Shown: positions 9,293-19,980 of the stretch, piece by piece
How positions within the stretch are numbered: position 1 is the stretch's first letter
Layout: each line of letters starts with the position of its first letter
DNA from: Candidatus Shapirobacteria bacterium
GTDB taxonomy: Bacteria > Patescibacteriota > Microgenomatia > UBA12405
DNA: 64,000 nucleotides
Assembly: GCA_041665485.1 (NCBI GenBank)
Contig: JBAYIT010000002.1
Span: 5,867-69,866 of the forward strand
Direction of reading: 5' to 3'
Position numbers and translations under genes: made by a program
Notes under the pieces: generated by a model
The model's input: the letters and a program-made list of their open reading frames with translations, nothing else
Database searches by the model: none
Told to the model about the DNA's origin: nothing

Positions 9293-10452
9293 GAGCCGGT
9301 ATATACGACCCCTATCTTGACACTCTTGGAGGAGGGGAGAGATATTGTCTTACTGTTGCCGAGATTTTACTCAAACAGGGATATACTGTCGATCTCTTTT
9401 GGTCAGGAAACAAAGAAGTAATCGCCAAAGCTAAAGATAGGTTTTCTCTTGATCTCGACGACATGAATTTGGTTTCCGACATCTTCTCTTCTCCTGCTAA
9501 TTTAACTGACATTGCCGACAATCCCGAAATCATTAGAATGCTTCTTGCTAATCCCACCCATCGTAAAATGGCCAGTCTTTGGCAAAGATTCAAAACCACC
9601 TCCAAGTACGACCTCTTCTTCTATCTTTCTGATGGTAGTTTGCCTTTTCTATTTTCCAAAAAAAATCTCTTACACCTTCAAGTTCCGTTTAACTATTTAC
9701 CAAACCAATGGCAGAAAGTCAGCAATTATCTTAAGTTAAAACTCATCAATAAAGTTATCTGCAATTCCCGTTTTACTAGTCGTTTTATTTCCAAGTTACT
9801 TTCAAAAAAGCCGTCTGTTCTTTACCCTCCCGTCGACGTTGATCGTTTTAGTCCAAGTCCTGTCAAAGAAAACATAATTCTCTCTGTTGGTCGATTTGAC
9901 AATATCCTTAACGCCAAAAGGCAAGATATATTAATAGATATTTTTAAAGAATTAATTACTAAAAACAGCCTTCCTGGTTGGAAATTAGTTTTAGCCGGTG
10001 GTAGCCACCAAAAAAGTCAAGACAATAAATATCTTAATCTCCTTATTGATCAAGCAAAGGGTTATCCGATTGAATTTCTCGTCGATCCTCCCTTTGCTGA
10101 TCTTGTCAATCTCTATTCAAAAAGTAAAATCTATTGGCATGCCGCCGGATTTGGTGTTGATGAGAATCAAGAACCTCAAAAAACTGAACATTTTGGAATA
10201 GTTGCTGTCGAGGCTATGGCCAGTGGTTGTGTGCCGGTGGTAATTAATAAAGGTGGTCTTCCCGAAATTATTAACCCCGGTATTAATGGTTACCTTTGGT
10301 CTGATTTTCCTCAAGCAATCGAATCAACTATGAAATTAATTAATGATCGCGGTCTATTAGAAAAGCTATCTCATAGGGCTTTAGGTGATTCAAAAAAGTT
10401 TTCTAAAAGTAACTTTGAGTCTGACCTTTTATCCATTTTACAAAACAAATGA
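9265..10452 (+). CDS. GT4 (GT-B fold) glycosyltransferase
   Basis: The C-terminal half carries the EX7E-type donor-binding motif 'EHFGIVAVEAMASGCVPVVINKGGLPEII'. Confidence 0.75.
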   Translation: MGNTTKKELRAGIYDPYLDTLGGGERYCLTVAEILLKQGYTVDLFWSGNKEVIAKAKDRFSLDLDDMNLVSDIFSSPANLTDIADNPEIIRMLLANPTHRKMASLWQRFKTTSKYDLFFYLSDGSLPFLFSKKNLLHLQVPFNYLPNQWQKVSNYLKLKLINKVICNSRFTSRFISKLLSKKPSVLYPPVDVDRFSPSPVKENIILSVGRFDNILNAKRQDILIDIFKELITKNSLPGWKLVLAGGSHQKSQDNKYLNLLIDQAKGYPIEFLVDPPFADLVNLYSKSKIYWHAAGFGVDENQEPQKTEHFGIVAVEAMASGCVPVVINKGGLPEIINPGINGYLWSDFPQAIESTMKLINDRGLLEKLSHRALGDSKKFSKSNFESDLLSILQNK

Positions 10453-11321
10453 AAATATCGGCCATTATTACCAGCTGGAACGGCAAAAAATTACTCCGAA
10501 AAAACCTTCTCATTGTTATTAAAAATTCTCCTGAGGTTTCCGAGTTTATTGTTGCCGATGACGCTTCAACTGATTCAAGTATTGCATACTTAAAAAAAAT
10601 CAAGAAACGGTATCCTCAACTTCGTATTTTAACTACCCCCCATAATCTCGGTTTTTCTGCTAATAGCAACCGTGCCGTTCGCCTTGCCAAAGGCGACCTG
10701 GTTGTTCTTTTAAATAATGATATTTCCCCCCATCCGGGCTTTCTTAAAGCATCTCTAAAACACTTTTCCGACTCGAAAGTTCTTGGGGTTGGTTTTTGCG
10801 AATTAGGCAACGAAAATTGGGCAAAAATTTTTTGGAGTGGAGGTTACATTCAACACGAATCCGGAAGTCCTGTTGACAAACCCCACCCCACCGCCTGGGT
10901 TTCCGGCGGGGGTTGTATCGTCAGACGTCAATGTTTTCTAAAACTAGGCGGTTTTGATCCTGCCTTTGAACCTTTTTATTATGAGGACGCCGATCTTGGC
11001 CTCCGCACTTGGGAGCAGGGCTATAAATTAATCTGGGAGCCAAAATCTATCATCGAACATCGTCATGAAAGCACCATGTCCCGCTTTCCTAAGCGCCACC
11101 TGGATTATGTTAAAGAGCGTAACCGCCTTCTTCTTACCTGGCGCCATATTACCGACAAAAAGTTAATTTGGCAAAATAAATTAGCTATGGTCGGTCGTGT
11201 TATATCTGGCCCCAATTATATTAAAATCATCCGCGCCGCCAAACGCCAAATGGCCAAATATCCGATTAATACTCACCATCACCGAATCGATGTTCAAGGC
11301 TTAATCAAGATGTTTTCATAA
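10449..11321 (+). CDS. GT2 family glycosyltransferase
   Basis: 'ISAIITSWNGKKLL...FIVADDASTDSS' and 'YEDADLGLR'. The ATGA start overlaps the upstream stop. Confidence 0.75.
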   Translation: MKISAIITSWNGKKLLRKNLLIVIKNSPEVSEFIVADDASTDSSIAYLKKIKKRYPQLRILTTPHNLGFSANSNRAVRLAKGDLVVLLNNDISPHPGFLKASLKHFSDSKVLGVGFCELGNENWAKIFWSGGYIQHESGSPVDKPHPTAWVSGGGCIVRRQCFLKLGGFDPAFEPFYYEDADLGLRTWEQGYKLIWEPKSIIEHRHESTMSRFPKRHLDYVKERNRLLLTWRHITDKKLIWQNKLAMVGRVISGPNYIKIIRAAKRQMAKYPINTHHHRIDVQGLIKMFS

Positions 11322-12638
11322 ACTTTTTACTCTCAAACTATCGTTTTTAATCAAACTCCAACAAAACCAAACATATAAACCCGCATTAACCAAAGATAAA
11401 GGCAATCCAGCCCAGTAATTACCCGCGGTTAGTGCCCACCTAACCGGCCACAAGAATCCGGGATACCACCAATGTCGGAATAGGTTTAACCAAAAAATAA
11501 GACTCATCAGTAGCCACGGTCGGAATAACTTCGGATTCCAAATGGTTATAATTAGTCCTGTAACTACACCCATGTAATAATATCTCTCCAACATATTCGT
11601 CAAAAAAAGCCACCCGCCGGCACTTACTATAAACAAAGCACTAAAGATCGCTTCTTGACTAATCCCTTTCTTTAATTTTTTAATTGCCAAAAAATAACAG
11701 CCAGCAAACAACATTAATCCCCACAATTTTCCCGATACACCAAAAAATAACTGATTTTGATTGTAGGCCTTATCTAGAGTAAAAATATGCCAAAAATTAT
11801 AGGAGTTAGTTGTTAGTCTAAATTCTGCTCGATAAAAAACCTTTTTAACAACTGTTTCCATCGAATATTGTAAAGGGTTTTGTTTGGCTGAAAACGGTAT
11901 CACATAGGCTAAAGTTAGTCCTGTCACCAAAACCGCCCCCATCAAAAAACTTTTTAGTTTTAAACCTACCATTGGCCAAATAACTAAAAAAAGTGGCACC
12001 ACTAATACTGCCGTTGGTTTTAATGACACCGCCAACCACAAAGAAAGCAACGAACCCCAAAAATTTTTTGGTATCAGTAAAAAAGATGTCAAAACAAAAA
12101 GATACGCCAACGAATCCGTTTGTCCCCATAAACTACTAACATACCAACTAAAAGGGGAGAGCCAATAAACCAACGGCCAAGCTAGCGGTTTTTTAGTTTT
12201 TTTCTTTGCTATGGAGTAAAGCAAAACCCCAATCAACATGTCAGCCAAAATAGATAATAACTTCATCGTAAATAAGTATCCCTGTTCAAATGGAATTTCA
12301 GGCGACACTAACGCCTCAAAATTAGTTCCCCAAACGTAAAATCCTCGAAAAATCTCTAGCGGAAATACTGTATACAATCCATTTGCTAAGCGGGGAATCA
12401 CCCATATCAATTGCCAATAAAGCCACTTTTCAGCTCCATACATCAAGCTCATTAATGGTGGGTGATTCGGCCAAGAAAAAATCCACACCGGATTCTCATA
12501 AAAACCAGTTCCTCCATTACTATAAATATAATTTCCCCAACCCGCCTGACATAATATATCCGAGTGAAACACCACCGTTGAGACTAACAATCTTCCTAGT
12601 AATACTAATCCTAACAGCAAATACACTCCTTTCTGCAT
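11316..12638 (-). CDS. Polytopic integral membrane protein, candidate GT-C family glycosyltransferase
   Basis: 440 aa with more than 10 TM segments, a short N-terminal loop after TM1 and Trp-rich loops. Convergent with 10449..11321 and overlaps it by 6 nt. Confidence 0.55.
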   Translation of the reverse strand: MQKGVYLLLGLVLLGRLLVSTVVFHSDILCQAGWGNYIYSNGGTGFYENPVWIFSWPNHPPLMSLMYGAEKWLYWQLIWVIPRLANGLYTVFPLEIFRGFYVWGTNFEALVSPEIPFEQGYLFTMKLLSILADMLIGVLLYSIAKKKTKKPLAWPLVYWLSPFSWYVSSLWGQTDSLAYLFVLTSFLLIPKNFWGSLLSLWLAVSLKPTAVLVVPLFLVIWPMVGLKLKSFLMGAVLVTGLTLAYVIPFSAKQNPLQYSMETVVKKVFYRAEFRLTTNSYNFWHIFTLDKAYNQNQLFFGVSGKLWGLMLFAGCYFLAIKKLKKGISQEAIFSALFIVSAGGWLFLTNMLERYYYMGVVTGLIITIWNPKLFRPWLLMSLIFWLNLFRHWWYPGFLWPVRWALTAGNYWAGLPLSLVNAGLYVWFCWSLIKNDSLRVKSL

Positions 12639-12752
12639 CCACCATTAGTCTAACATTTTACTGCCACCAATAAAAACGAAATCCAGCATCTCTCTGGACG
12701 GATATTCTACTCTTTTACGCTTAAAAATTGATACACTTACTCAAGGTAAGAT
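12639..12752. promoter_or_regulatory. Divergent intergenic/promoter region between minus-strand 11316..12638 and plus-strand 12753..13409
   Basis: The largest non-coding gap in the window (114 nt), AT-rich. A TTGATA hexamer lies upstream of a TAAGAT-like element, but the spacing is poor and no confident -35/-10 can be called. Confidence 0.25.
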
Positions 12753-13409
12753 ATGTTGTTCAAATTTGTTTATCTCATTTTCATTATTAGTCCCTTTTTT
12801 GTTGGCAAGATTTACCCGTTTTGGGTTTATTTACTCATCATCTTCGCCTACATTGCCTCCTCCAAATCAAAGTTATTCATACTTCCAGTCATTTTTGTAC
12901 TATTCTTTGTCAATCTTCATGTTAACAGTCTTTTTGGTCTAAGTCGTCAGTTAAAACCAGATTTCAATCTAGAAAAAATAAACATCACCAGTCCAATTAG
13001 TATTCAAAAAGTAGCCCAATATTACTACGACGACGTCTATACACCCTATCGAATCCGCCACTTTCTTTATAGCCAATGGCTCACCGTTTTTGTTTGGATC
13101 AGTTCTGTTTTAAAATTATTGTCACCGATATTTTGGGTAAGGTTAATGGGTTTTAGTGGTAGTATCCTTATTTTTTTAGGTGTTATCGAATACATTAAAA
13201 ATGATTTTTCACCAAGATATTGGTTCTGGTGGTTTTTTATAATAATTTTTAGTTCCGGGCTCGGAATTAATCTTGACACCAGGAATTCTATTTTTCTCTC
13301 CCTACCCATACTAATAAATTTGGTAATCCTGGGTTTCAAGTCTAAACTATTTATTTCTATCCAAAAATATTGGTGGCTATTACTTTTTGTTGACTTCATC
13401 TTAAAATGA
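12753..13409 (+). CDS. Small integral membrane protein (about 6 TM), unknown function
   Basis: 218 aa and very hydrophobic. First gene after the divergent intergenic region 12639..12752. Confidence 0.45.
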   Translation: MLFKFVYLIFIISPFFVGKIYPFWVYLLIIFAYIASSKSKLFILPVIFVLFFVNLHVNSLFGLSRQLKPDFNLEKINITSPISIQKVAQYYYDDVYTPYRIRHFLYSQWLTVFVWISSVLKLLSPIFWVRLMGFSGSILIFLGVIEYIKNDFSPRYWFWWFFIIIFSSGLGINLDTRNSIFLSLPILINLVILGFKSKLFISIQKYWWLLLFVDFILK

Positions 13410-15001
13410 GTAATAAACACTTTGTCCTATTTTTAATTTTAATTTCCGTGTTCGGTTTTTACTTACGAACCAAAAACATAGCCACTAACCCGCCGCACTT
13501 GGGCAATGACGAAATCTCTATTGCCTTTGACAGCTATTCGATTAGAACCGTTGGCAAAGATGAACATGGTAGATCTTGGCCGTTATCTTTCATGTCCCAC
13601 CGAAGCTATAAGGCTCCTCTTTACGCCTATCTTAACACCCCGTTCAATTATATTTTTGGTAATAACGAGTATGGCATCAGAATGTTGTCAGCCATTTCCG
13701 GCACCTTACTAATACTTATTATTGGACTTCTCGGAAAAACTTCATCCAACACTTCCATCGGTATCTTAAGTGCCATTATTATTGCTATTACTCCAAAAGC
13801 AATTATGGCTTCCAGAATAGGCTATGAGGCTAATTTGGCCTTAACCATCATGTCTTTTGGCGTTTTAGCTATGATTTATTATCGATTTGCCAAAAAAACC
13901 ATTTGGCTCATTGTCGCCGGGGTGTTTTTGGGATTATCTGTCTGGGGTTACCATACTCAATGGGGTCTGGCTCCAATGTTAGCTTTCTGTTTACCGATGC
14001 TCTTTAGACCTAAAATCAAATTTACCAAATGGTGGCCAACGTGGATATTGTTAGTGGTCATTGTTTTTCCGATTTATCTTGATTTTTACCAAACCCAGCT
14101 TTCTGACTCACACAATCGGGCCAGCTCGCAAATTTGGTATCAAGATGGTCAACTTAATGACTATCTCAAAAATTCTCCAGACAATAAAGTTAAAAAAATC
14201 GCCGTCTTACTTATTTCTCCGATCAATAATTATATTGAGCATTTCAGCTTTGACACCCTTTTTGGTGACGGTTTGGGTATGTTCGAACGAACCTCACCGC
14301 TTGAATTTGGCTGGTTTTTACTTCCCTGTTTACCATTGCTAATTGTCGGGCTAATCAAAGTTAACACAATCTTTGGTGATAATAAAAATTGGCTTCTATT
14401 ATGGATGGCTTTGTCCCCAATTATCCCTGCCACCACTTACGGTGGGGTTGCTGCCGTCAGAAATCTCTCAATTATGGTGCCACTATCGATCATCACAGCT
14501 GGTGGCTGGTGGTATCTGAAAAAACACAAACCAATAATTTTTCTTTTAACCTCGTCTTTACTTCTTCTCCATCTTTTAATTTTTCTCCCCACCATCTTCG
14601 TTCATTTTCAAAAAAGTTCTGGCAATTATTTTCAGTTCGGATACAAGCAATCATGGGAAAAGATAAAACCAGTGGTCAAAAACTACCAACATGTTATTGT
14701 TGAGTCGAGATTCGGTCGCTTTGGTCAATTCGTCGGTGTGCCACACTTGTACTTTGGCTATTTTGGTGCTTTTCCAGTCGAGGCCATGCAATCCAAAACC
14801 AACGAAAACGGTCGAATGAAAATTGACAAATTCGAATTTGGTCACGTTGATTGGATGGTAGAAGAAATTCAGCCTAAATCGATCTATGTTGTTTCCACCA
14901 TTAATCCCATTGTTGCTAATGCTATTGGTAAACTAAATCAAATTGAAGAAATAATAACTCCCGATAATCAATCTCAATTTTTAATCTATGCCACCAAATA
15001 A
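13406..15001 (+). CDS. ArnT/PMT-like GT-C membrane glycosyltransferase (paralog 1)
   Basis: N-terminal TM helix then 'NPPHLGNDEISIAFDSYSI...GRSWPLSF'. The D-E loop motif is characteristic of the PMT_2/ArnT family. Conserved C-terminal domain 'FGYKQSWEKIKPVVKNYQHVIV...YFGYF'. Confidence 0.7.
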   Translation: MSNKHFVLFLILISVFGFYLRTKNIATNPPHLGNDEISIAFDSYSIRTVGKDEHGRSWPLSFMSHRSYKAPLYAYLNTPFNYIFGNNEYGIRMLSAISGTLLILIIGLLGKTSSNTSIGILSAIIIAITPKAIMASRIGYEANLALTIMSFGVLAMIYYRFAKKTIWLIVAGVFLGLSVWGYHTQWGLAPMLAFCLPMLFRPKIKFTKWWPTWILLVVIVFPIYLDFYQTQLSDSHNRASSQIWYQDGQLNDYLKNSPDNKVKKIAVLLISPINNYIEHFSFDTLFGDGLGMFERTSPLEFGWFLLPCLPLLIVGLIKVNTIFGDNKNWLLLWMALSPIIPATTYGGVAAVRNLSIMVPLSIITAGGWWYLKKHKPIIFLLTSSLLLLHLLIFLPTIFVHFQKSSGNYFQFGYKQSWEKIKPVVKNYQHVIVESRFGRFGQFVGVPHLYFGYFGAFPVEAMQSKTNENGRMKIDKFEFGHVDWMVEEIQPKSIYVVSTINPIVANAIGKLNQIEEIITPDNQSQFLIYATK

Positions 15002-15800
15002 AACATCTCTCTCCATCATCATCCCCACCTGGAACACTGCCGAAATCACCCTTCGTTGTGTCAATAGTATTGTCAAACATCTTGGTAAGTTAGTCGAAAT
15101 AATTGTCGTTGATAACGGCTCTACCGATAGTACCCAAGATGTTTTAAAAAAAACTACCGTTAAATATGTTAAGTTAGACAAAAATTACGGTTATGCCACT
15201 GCCTGCAATGCCGGCGCTAAAGTAGCCACTTCCGAATATCTTCTATTTTTAAATTCAGATATGGAACTTATCGACAAGGAAGTTTTGGCCATGGTCAATT
15301 TTTACAAAAAAAATATTAATTGCGGTCTAGTCGGCCCACAATTTTTCAACCCTGACCTCTCTCCCCAAGGCTCTGTCTTCCCACCCCAAACTCCACTCAA
15401 TGCATTTAGGGAATTTTGGTTACACCAAAAAACCTTCTCTAAGTATTTCCCAAAAACCGATAAACCGGAAAAAGTCTGGGCCATTTCCGGTGGTGCTGTT
15501 TTAATTTCTAAAAAAAATTACCAAAGTGTTGGCGGTTGGAGCCAAAAATATCACATGTACTACGAAGATTTGGACCTTTGTCGCCAAACCAGAAATAGGG
15601 GATTCTCAATCTATTATTTTCCAAGTTGCCGCTTTATCCATCGTCATGGTGCTAGTGGTGCCAATATCGCCAATGCCAATAACCAATGGCGTCGCCTAAT
15701 TAATGGCTCAAAAATCTATCATGGTCTATTTTTGCATTACCTCATTAACCTAATTATATGGTCGGGCCAAAAATGGCAGAAAACTTTTTTAAAAACTTAA
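14988..15800 (+). CDS. GT2 family glycosyltransferase
   Basis: 'LSIIIPTWNTAEITLRCVNSI...IIVVDNGSTDST' and 'YYEDLDLC'. Confidence 0.75.
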   Translation: MPPNKTSLSIIIPTWNTAEITLRCVNSIVKHLGKLVEIIVVDNGSTDSTQDVLKKTTVKYVKLDKNYGYATACNAGAKVATSEYLLFLNSDMELIDKEVLAMVNFYKKNINCGLVGPQFFNPDLSPQGSVFPPQTPLNAFREFWLHQKTFSKYFPKTDKPEKVWAISGGAVLISKKNYQSVGGWSQKYHMYYEDLDLCRQTRNRGFSIYYFPSCRFIHRHGASGANIANANNQWRRLINGSKIYHGLFLHYLINLIIWSGQKWQKTFLKT

Positions 15801-17119
15801 CCTTAACTAAAATTATTTTAACTGCCTTAATTATAAGGCTCCTATTGCTACCTTGGGTCTATCATGGTGATGTTACTGTTACTTATTGGTGGGGAAAATT
15901 TGCCTCTGAATTTGGTTGGCGGGGCTATTACGACTGGCTTAATTTTGGTGGCTATGGTCGACCTGATCAACCAATGCTAAACATTTATTATGATTGGAGT
16001 GTTAGACAAATCTATTTATTTTTCTATGACATCTTTTGGTTTCTTAACACACATATCAGCTTATTCCCATCAAAATTTATGCAATGGTACTTCATCAATG
16101 GTAATCAAATCCTACTCAAACTGCCAATGGTTTTTTCAGACATCTTCCTTATTTTTTTAAGCTACAAATTTTTTTTAAAGATTTTTAACAGCCAAAAAGC
16201 AAAAATAATTGCCATTGTTTTAACTTTTTATCTTCCTCTTATCTACAATAGCGCTGTCTGGGGTAGCGGCGACAGCATCATTAATTTATTTGGTCTGCTC
16301 TGTGTGTACCTTGTTTGGCAAAAAAAATACATTTCCAGCGCATTATTTTTTCTTCTATCAATTTTATACAAGTCCTCGCTTTTAATTTGGATTCCCATAA
16401 TAATAGTTTCACTTATAAAAAATAATATAAAACGAACAGAAATATGTAAAGCTACGATATTTTTCCTATTATTTATATCTTTAGTTAGCTTCCCATTTAC
16501 TCCATTAGGAATAAACCCATTGATTTGGTTTTTTCAAACGATGCTCACTAAGATTTTACCCGGTGCCATGCCTCAACTTACTGCCAACGCCTTTAATTTT
16601 TGGGCTCTACTATACGGTCTTAAGCCTCAACTTGACGAGATTATCTTGTTTGGTGGTTTTTCCGCCAGAATGATTTCTATCGTTTTATGCTTTATTGGTT
16701 ATCTTATTATCTGTCGTAAACTATACCTAAATTATAATCTTAAAAATCTCCTGTTATCTCTGGTAAACATTTCCCTTGTCACTTTTGTTTTTATGACCAG
16801 AATGCATGAACGCTACACCTTTCCTGCCCTAATTCCTCTCCTCATCCTTTGTTTTTACGACAAAAAATTCATCAAATATTTTGTTGTTTTAACAATCACT
16901 CATCTTTTAAATGTTTACAACTGGTGGTGGGTTCCAACCATCCATCCTCTAGAAGATTTTTTGTCTAATAATATTGTTATCAAAACAATTAGCCTAACTA
17001 ATCTCTGTATCACTCTATTACTATTATTTTTTAATTTTTCAATACCTATCGAAGCGGATAATTCTCCAATTCGATCCAGAAACGGTCTGATCAAATCTAA
17101 TAACTCCCGTATTAAATAG
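15758..17119 (+). CDS. Polytopic integral membrane protein, candidate GT-C family glycosyltransferase
   Basis: 453 aa with many TM segments. First loop reads 'LPWVYHGDVTVTYWW'. The 3' end overlaps the convergent gene 17039..18406 by 81 nt. The start may be M6 at 15773. Confidence 0.55.
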   Translation: MVGPKMAENFFKNLTLTKIILTALIIRLLLLPWVYHGDVTVTYWWGKFASEFGWRGYYDWLNFGGYGRPDQPMLNIYYDWSVRQIYLFFYDIFWFLNTHISLFPSKFMQWYFINGNQILLKLPMVFSDIFLIFLSYKFFLKIFNSQKAKIIAIVLTFYLPLIYNSAVWGSGDSIINLFGLLCVYLVWQKKYISSALFFLLSILYKSSLLIWIPIIIVSLIKNNIKRTEICKATIFFLLFISLVSFPFTPLGINPLIWFFQTMLTKILPGAMPQLTANAFNFWALLYGLKPQLDEIILFGGFSARMISIVLCFIGYLIICRKLYLNYNLKNLLLSLVNISLVTFVFMTRMHERYTFPALIPLLILCFYDKKFIKYFVVLTITHLLNVYNWWWVPTIHPLEDFLSNNIVIKTISLTNLCITLLLLFFNFSIPIEADNSPIRSRNGLIKSNNSRIK

Positions 17120-18406
17120 CCTCATTTGTACCGATGGGTCACCCCTTAATAATTTATCATCACCCTCCTGAGTAATTACATATAAATTGTCAGAAACAGA
17201 GTATTCGTCTATTGATCTTATTCTAACGTCATTCACCAACAATATGTCCCGATATTTTACTCCAAAACTATTTATATCATTACTTTGTAAAACAGCTAAA
17301 TTTGGATTCTTAAGTTCATTATCAATAATGTCTTGAGCAATTATATTGGTTATGCGCTTGGCAAAATAAGCACTGTCATCCGGTATCTTCCCAAATAGGT
17401 AATTTAAAGAGACGGGAAGATTGATGACAACCATCAGAAAGAATATAATTGGTTGAACCCATCGCCATATTTTTTCTCTTGGTAAAATCAGCCACAGATA
17501 CCAAGGGATCAGCGCTCCAATAAAATAGTGGCCCTGAGGCGATTTTATAAAACCAACGGCAATAAACAACGACAATACTGGTGTCAATAATAGTAAGTTT
17601 TTCCTATTAAAACGAATATCATTTACCAACAAAGGCAAACAACAGATCAATATCCAGGCTCTTGTTAACAAGAATTTCAAACCAACCGATAAAGCCTCAA
17701 AATTAAAATCAAGAGTGGCTGAAGATTGTTTGTATAGTATTGTTCGAGACAAAAACAAGCCTGGTGGGTGAAAAAAATCGAAGGTTAAGAAAATTAATAT
17801 CGGTATAGAAAATCCTAAGATAAATAGAATTTTGTTTTTTGCTGAAAACAAAAACAAGGCCGATGGTATGATTGCCAAATAGTGCAGGTGTGACGTAAAA
17901 CCAAATAAAACACCTGCCAGTAAAGTTAACAGATTTTTTTTAGACATTAATAAAAAATAGCCCCCTGCCATCAATGCCGGAATTAGATTAGGATTCCACG
18001 CCCATCTTGACGACAACAAATATGGGTACCAAATAACTAACAATAGACAAGCCAAATATGTTAGTCGTTTGTTTGTTAAGTACGTAGTTATAATCAATAT
18101 CAATAGGCCCACAATACTTATAAATGCATTACCTATAGTTGGTGATACCGGCGTGAAATTAAATAAAAGGGCAAAAGGCATTATCAAGTAGTAACTTAAA
18201 CTACTGTAAACCATATTGCCATCTTCTGACATTGGACCTATCAACGTAATATCTTTATCAACCCAATACTGGTGAATTTTAACTAAATCAGAACTCTCAT
18301 CTCTGTTAAAACGTAACTGCTTTTCCAGGTTATAAAATCTGGTAAATAAAACCAACGCAAACACCATGATAACAAGTCCATATCGATTTATACTGTTAGA
18401 CTTCAT
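17039..18406 (-). CDS. Polytopic integral membrane protein, candidate GT-C family glycosyltransferase
   Basis: 455 aa. TM1 is followed by 'NLEKQLRFNRDESSDLV' (an acidic D-E loop), then multiple TM segments and a soluble C-terminus. Last gene of the minus-strand operon 24655->17039. Confidence 0.55.
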   Translation of the reverse strand: MKSNSINRYGLVIMVFALVLFTRFYNLEKQLRFNRDESSDLVKIHQYWVDKDITLIGPMSEDGNMVYSSLSYYLIMPFALLFNFTPVSPTIGNAFISIVGLLILIITTYLTNKRLTYLACLLLVIWYPYLLSSRWAWNPNLIPALMAGGYFLLMSKKNLLTLLAGVLFGFTSHLHYLAIIPSALFLFSAKNKILFILGFSIPILIFLTFDFFHPPGLFLSRTILYKQSSATLDFNFEALSVGLKFLLTRAWILICCLPLLVNDIRFNRKNLLLLTPVLSLFIAVGFIKSPQGHYFIGALIPWYLWLILPREKIWRWVQPIIFFLMVVINLPVSLNYLFGKIPDDSAYFAKRITNIIAQDIIDNELKNPNLAVLQSNDINSFGVKYRDILLVNDVRIRSIDEYSVSDNLYVITQEGDDKLLRGDPSVQMRLFNTGVIRFDQTVSGSNWRIIRFDRY

Positions 18407-19980
18407 TTATGACCTAAATAAAATATAGGGTTAGCATAGGTATTTAATATCACTTTTTCTATTTTGATGCCCTCCGGTTGATCGTAGCCATTTCTTTCAT
18501 ATGCTACCAAATACAGAGTATTACTTTCGGCCAAATTTGGGTTGAACCTGTCTCCAAAATTAACAAAACAATATCTCTTTTCCAGGCAAAAATCACCTTG
18601 ATCGTCTATTCCAAAGACCAATCTTGGATCATATTTATTCCAAAACAGAAACCTAACTAGTGTCGGCTCATAGGTATTGTCCATAATAATCTTCCTATAT
18701 TTATCTTTGTTTAGTAAAACATAACTCATTGCTTCTTTGTAGCCACTGTGCCACCATCGCCACGATTCGTTTCGATAATGGTTCCAATAATAAAATTGGT
18801 AATTTATTAGTTCAGTGAATAATAATAATACAACAAAAATCTTGGCTATTTTATTAATTTTGACAAAACCATATCCAGTCAACCAAACCAGGGGAAAAAC
18901 CATTAAAAATAATCTCGAAGCGTGGTTGTAACCATCGATTGTCAATGCCGATGCTACTGGTGAAATCAACAACAGACCAATTAACCATCGAGCCCAACTT
19001 TCCCTGGCTCTTATTAAATAAGCCACCCCATAAACCAATAATGGCAATGTTATCCAAAACATATTACCAACTTGATGCAGTGAATGTCTAAATGTAATAT
19101 CTCCTTGTCCAAACAAAAAGGCAGAACTAAAAGCGTTTGTGTAGTTGAACAATATTTTTTTTGTCGATAACGTAAATTTATTGTAAAAAATTTTACCCAG
19201 AAGCTTGTTCTCCGTTGCATTTCTATATTTTTCCACTTCAGCGACAATCTCTTTATTGCTAATCACCGACATTGTTTTAAATCTATCAGCACCGTGTCCT
19301 TGGATAATGTGATAGGCGATTGGCAAGCTGGTCAGAACAACAACCAACAACAATAAAGCAGTTTTTGAACGATTAATCCTGATAAATCCAACTGTTAGTA
19401 AAATTATTAATGGAGACAGGACATTGGCAATGCTGTAAACATAAAAAGAAAGACCAAACAATATCCCAGCTAGAATAAGGCAACGGGTGTTATTTGTAAC
19501 TTTAGACATAATCAAATAGTGAATACCGGCAAATAGTACTGTCATTAATAGAGTAAGTTCAAACCCAGATCGACTATACTGAATATGCCAAGGGGTAATG
19601 GCCAGTAAAAAGATACTAATTAATTTGACTTTTTTGTCTACCCCAATTAATCCCAATACTAAATAAAAAAACAAAATACTTGTCATCCCAAAAAAAACCG
19701 AGGTCATCCTTACCCCCCACTCATTTAATCCGAATAACTTAATGAAGGGAATCATCGCGTATATCAGACCTGGGGCTCGCCATTCCGAAAAACTATGAAT
19801 ATACGTTGGCAATAAATTTCCCTTATAGTCTCGCCCAGTTGTTAGCAACGAATAAGACTGATATCCAGCATCGACTTCGTCACCAAATAGCTCAAGGTAG
19901 TCTAGCCTATAAACCCTCAGTAAAAAGGCTAATAATAATGTGAAAATTAATACCCAATTCCTAGCCAATATTTTTACCAT
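18403..19980 (-). CDS. ArnT/PMT-like GT-C membrane glycosyltransferase (paralog 2)
   Basis: 'LELFGDEVDAGYQSYSL...GNLLPTYIHSF' D-E loop. C-terminal domain 'WHSGYKEAMSYVL...RFLFWNKYDP'. The ORF extends to 20064, but M29 at 19980 abuts the upstream gene's stop and gives an N-terminal length like the paralogs. Confidence 0.65.
   Translation of the reverse strand: MVKILARNWVLIFTLLLAFLLRVYRLDYLELFGDEVDAGYQSYSLLTTGRDYKGNLLPTYIHSFSEWRAPGLIYAMIPFIKLFGLNEWGVRMTSVFFGMTSILFFYLVLGLIGVDKKVKLISIFLLAITPWHIQYSRSGFELTLLMTVLFAGIHYLIMSKVTNNTRCLILAGILFGLSFYVYSIANVLSPLIILLTVGFIRINRSKTALLLLVVVLTSLPIAYHIIQGHGADRFKTMSVISNKEIVAEVEKYRNATENKLLGKIFYNKFTLSTKKILFNYTNAFSSAFLFGQGDITFRHSLHQVGNMFWITLPLLVYGVAYLIRARESWARWLIGLLLISPVASALTIDGYNHASRLFLMVFPLVWLTGYGFVKINKIAKIFVVLLLFTELINYQFYYWNHYRNESWRWWHSGYKEAMSYVLLNKDKYRKIIMDNTYEPTLVRFLFWNKYDPRLVFGIDDQGDFCLEKRYCFVNFGDRFNPNLAESNTLYLVAYERNGYDQPEGIKIEKVILNTYANPIFYLGHK

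Noticed and set aside
12639-12752. Possible sigma70-like promoter TTGATA...TAAGAT upstream of 12753
   Set aside because: Spacer length of about 13 nt is too short for a canonical promoter, so it is kept only as a low-confidence regulatory region.
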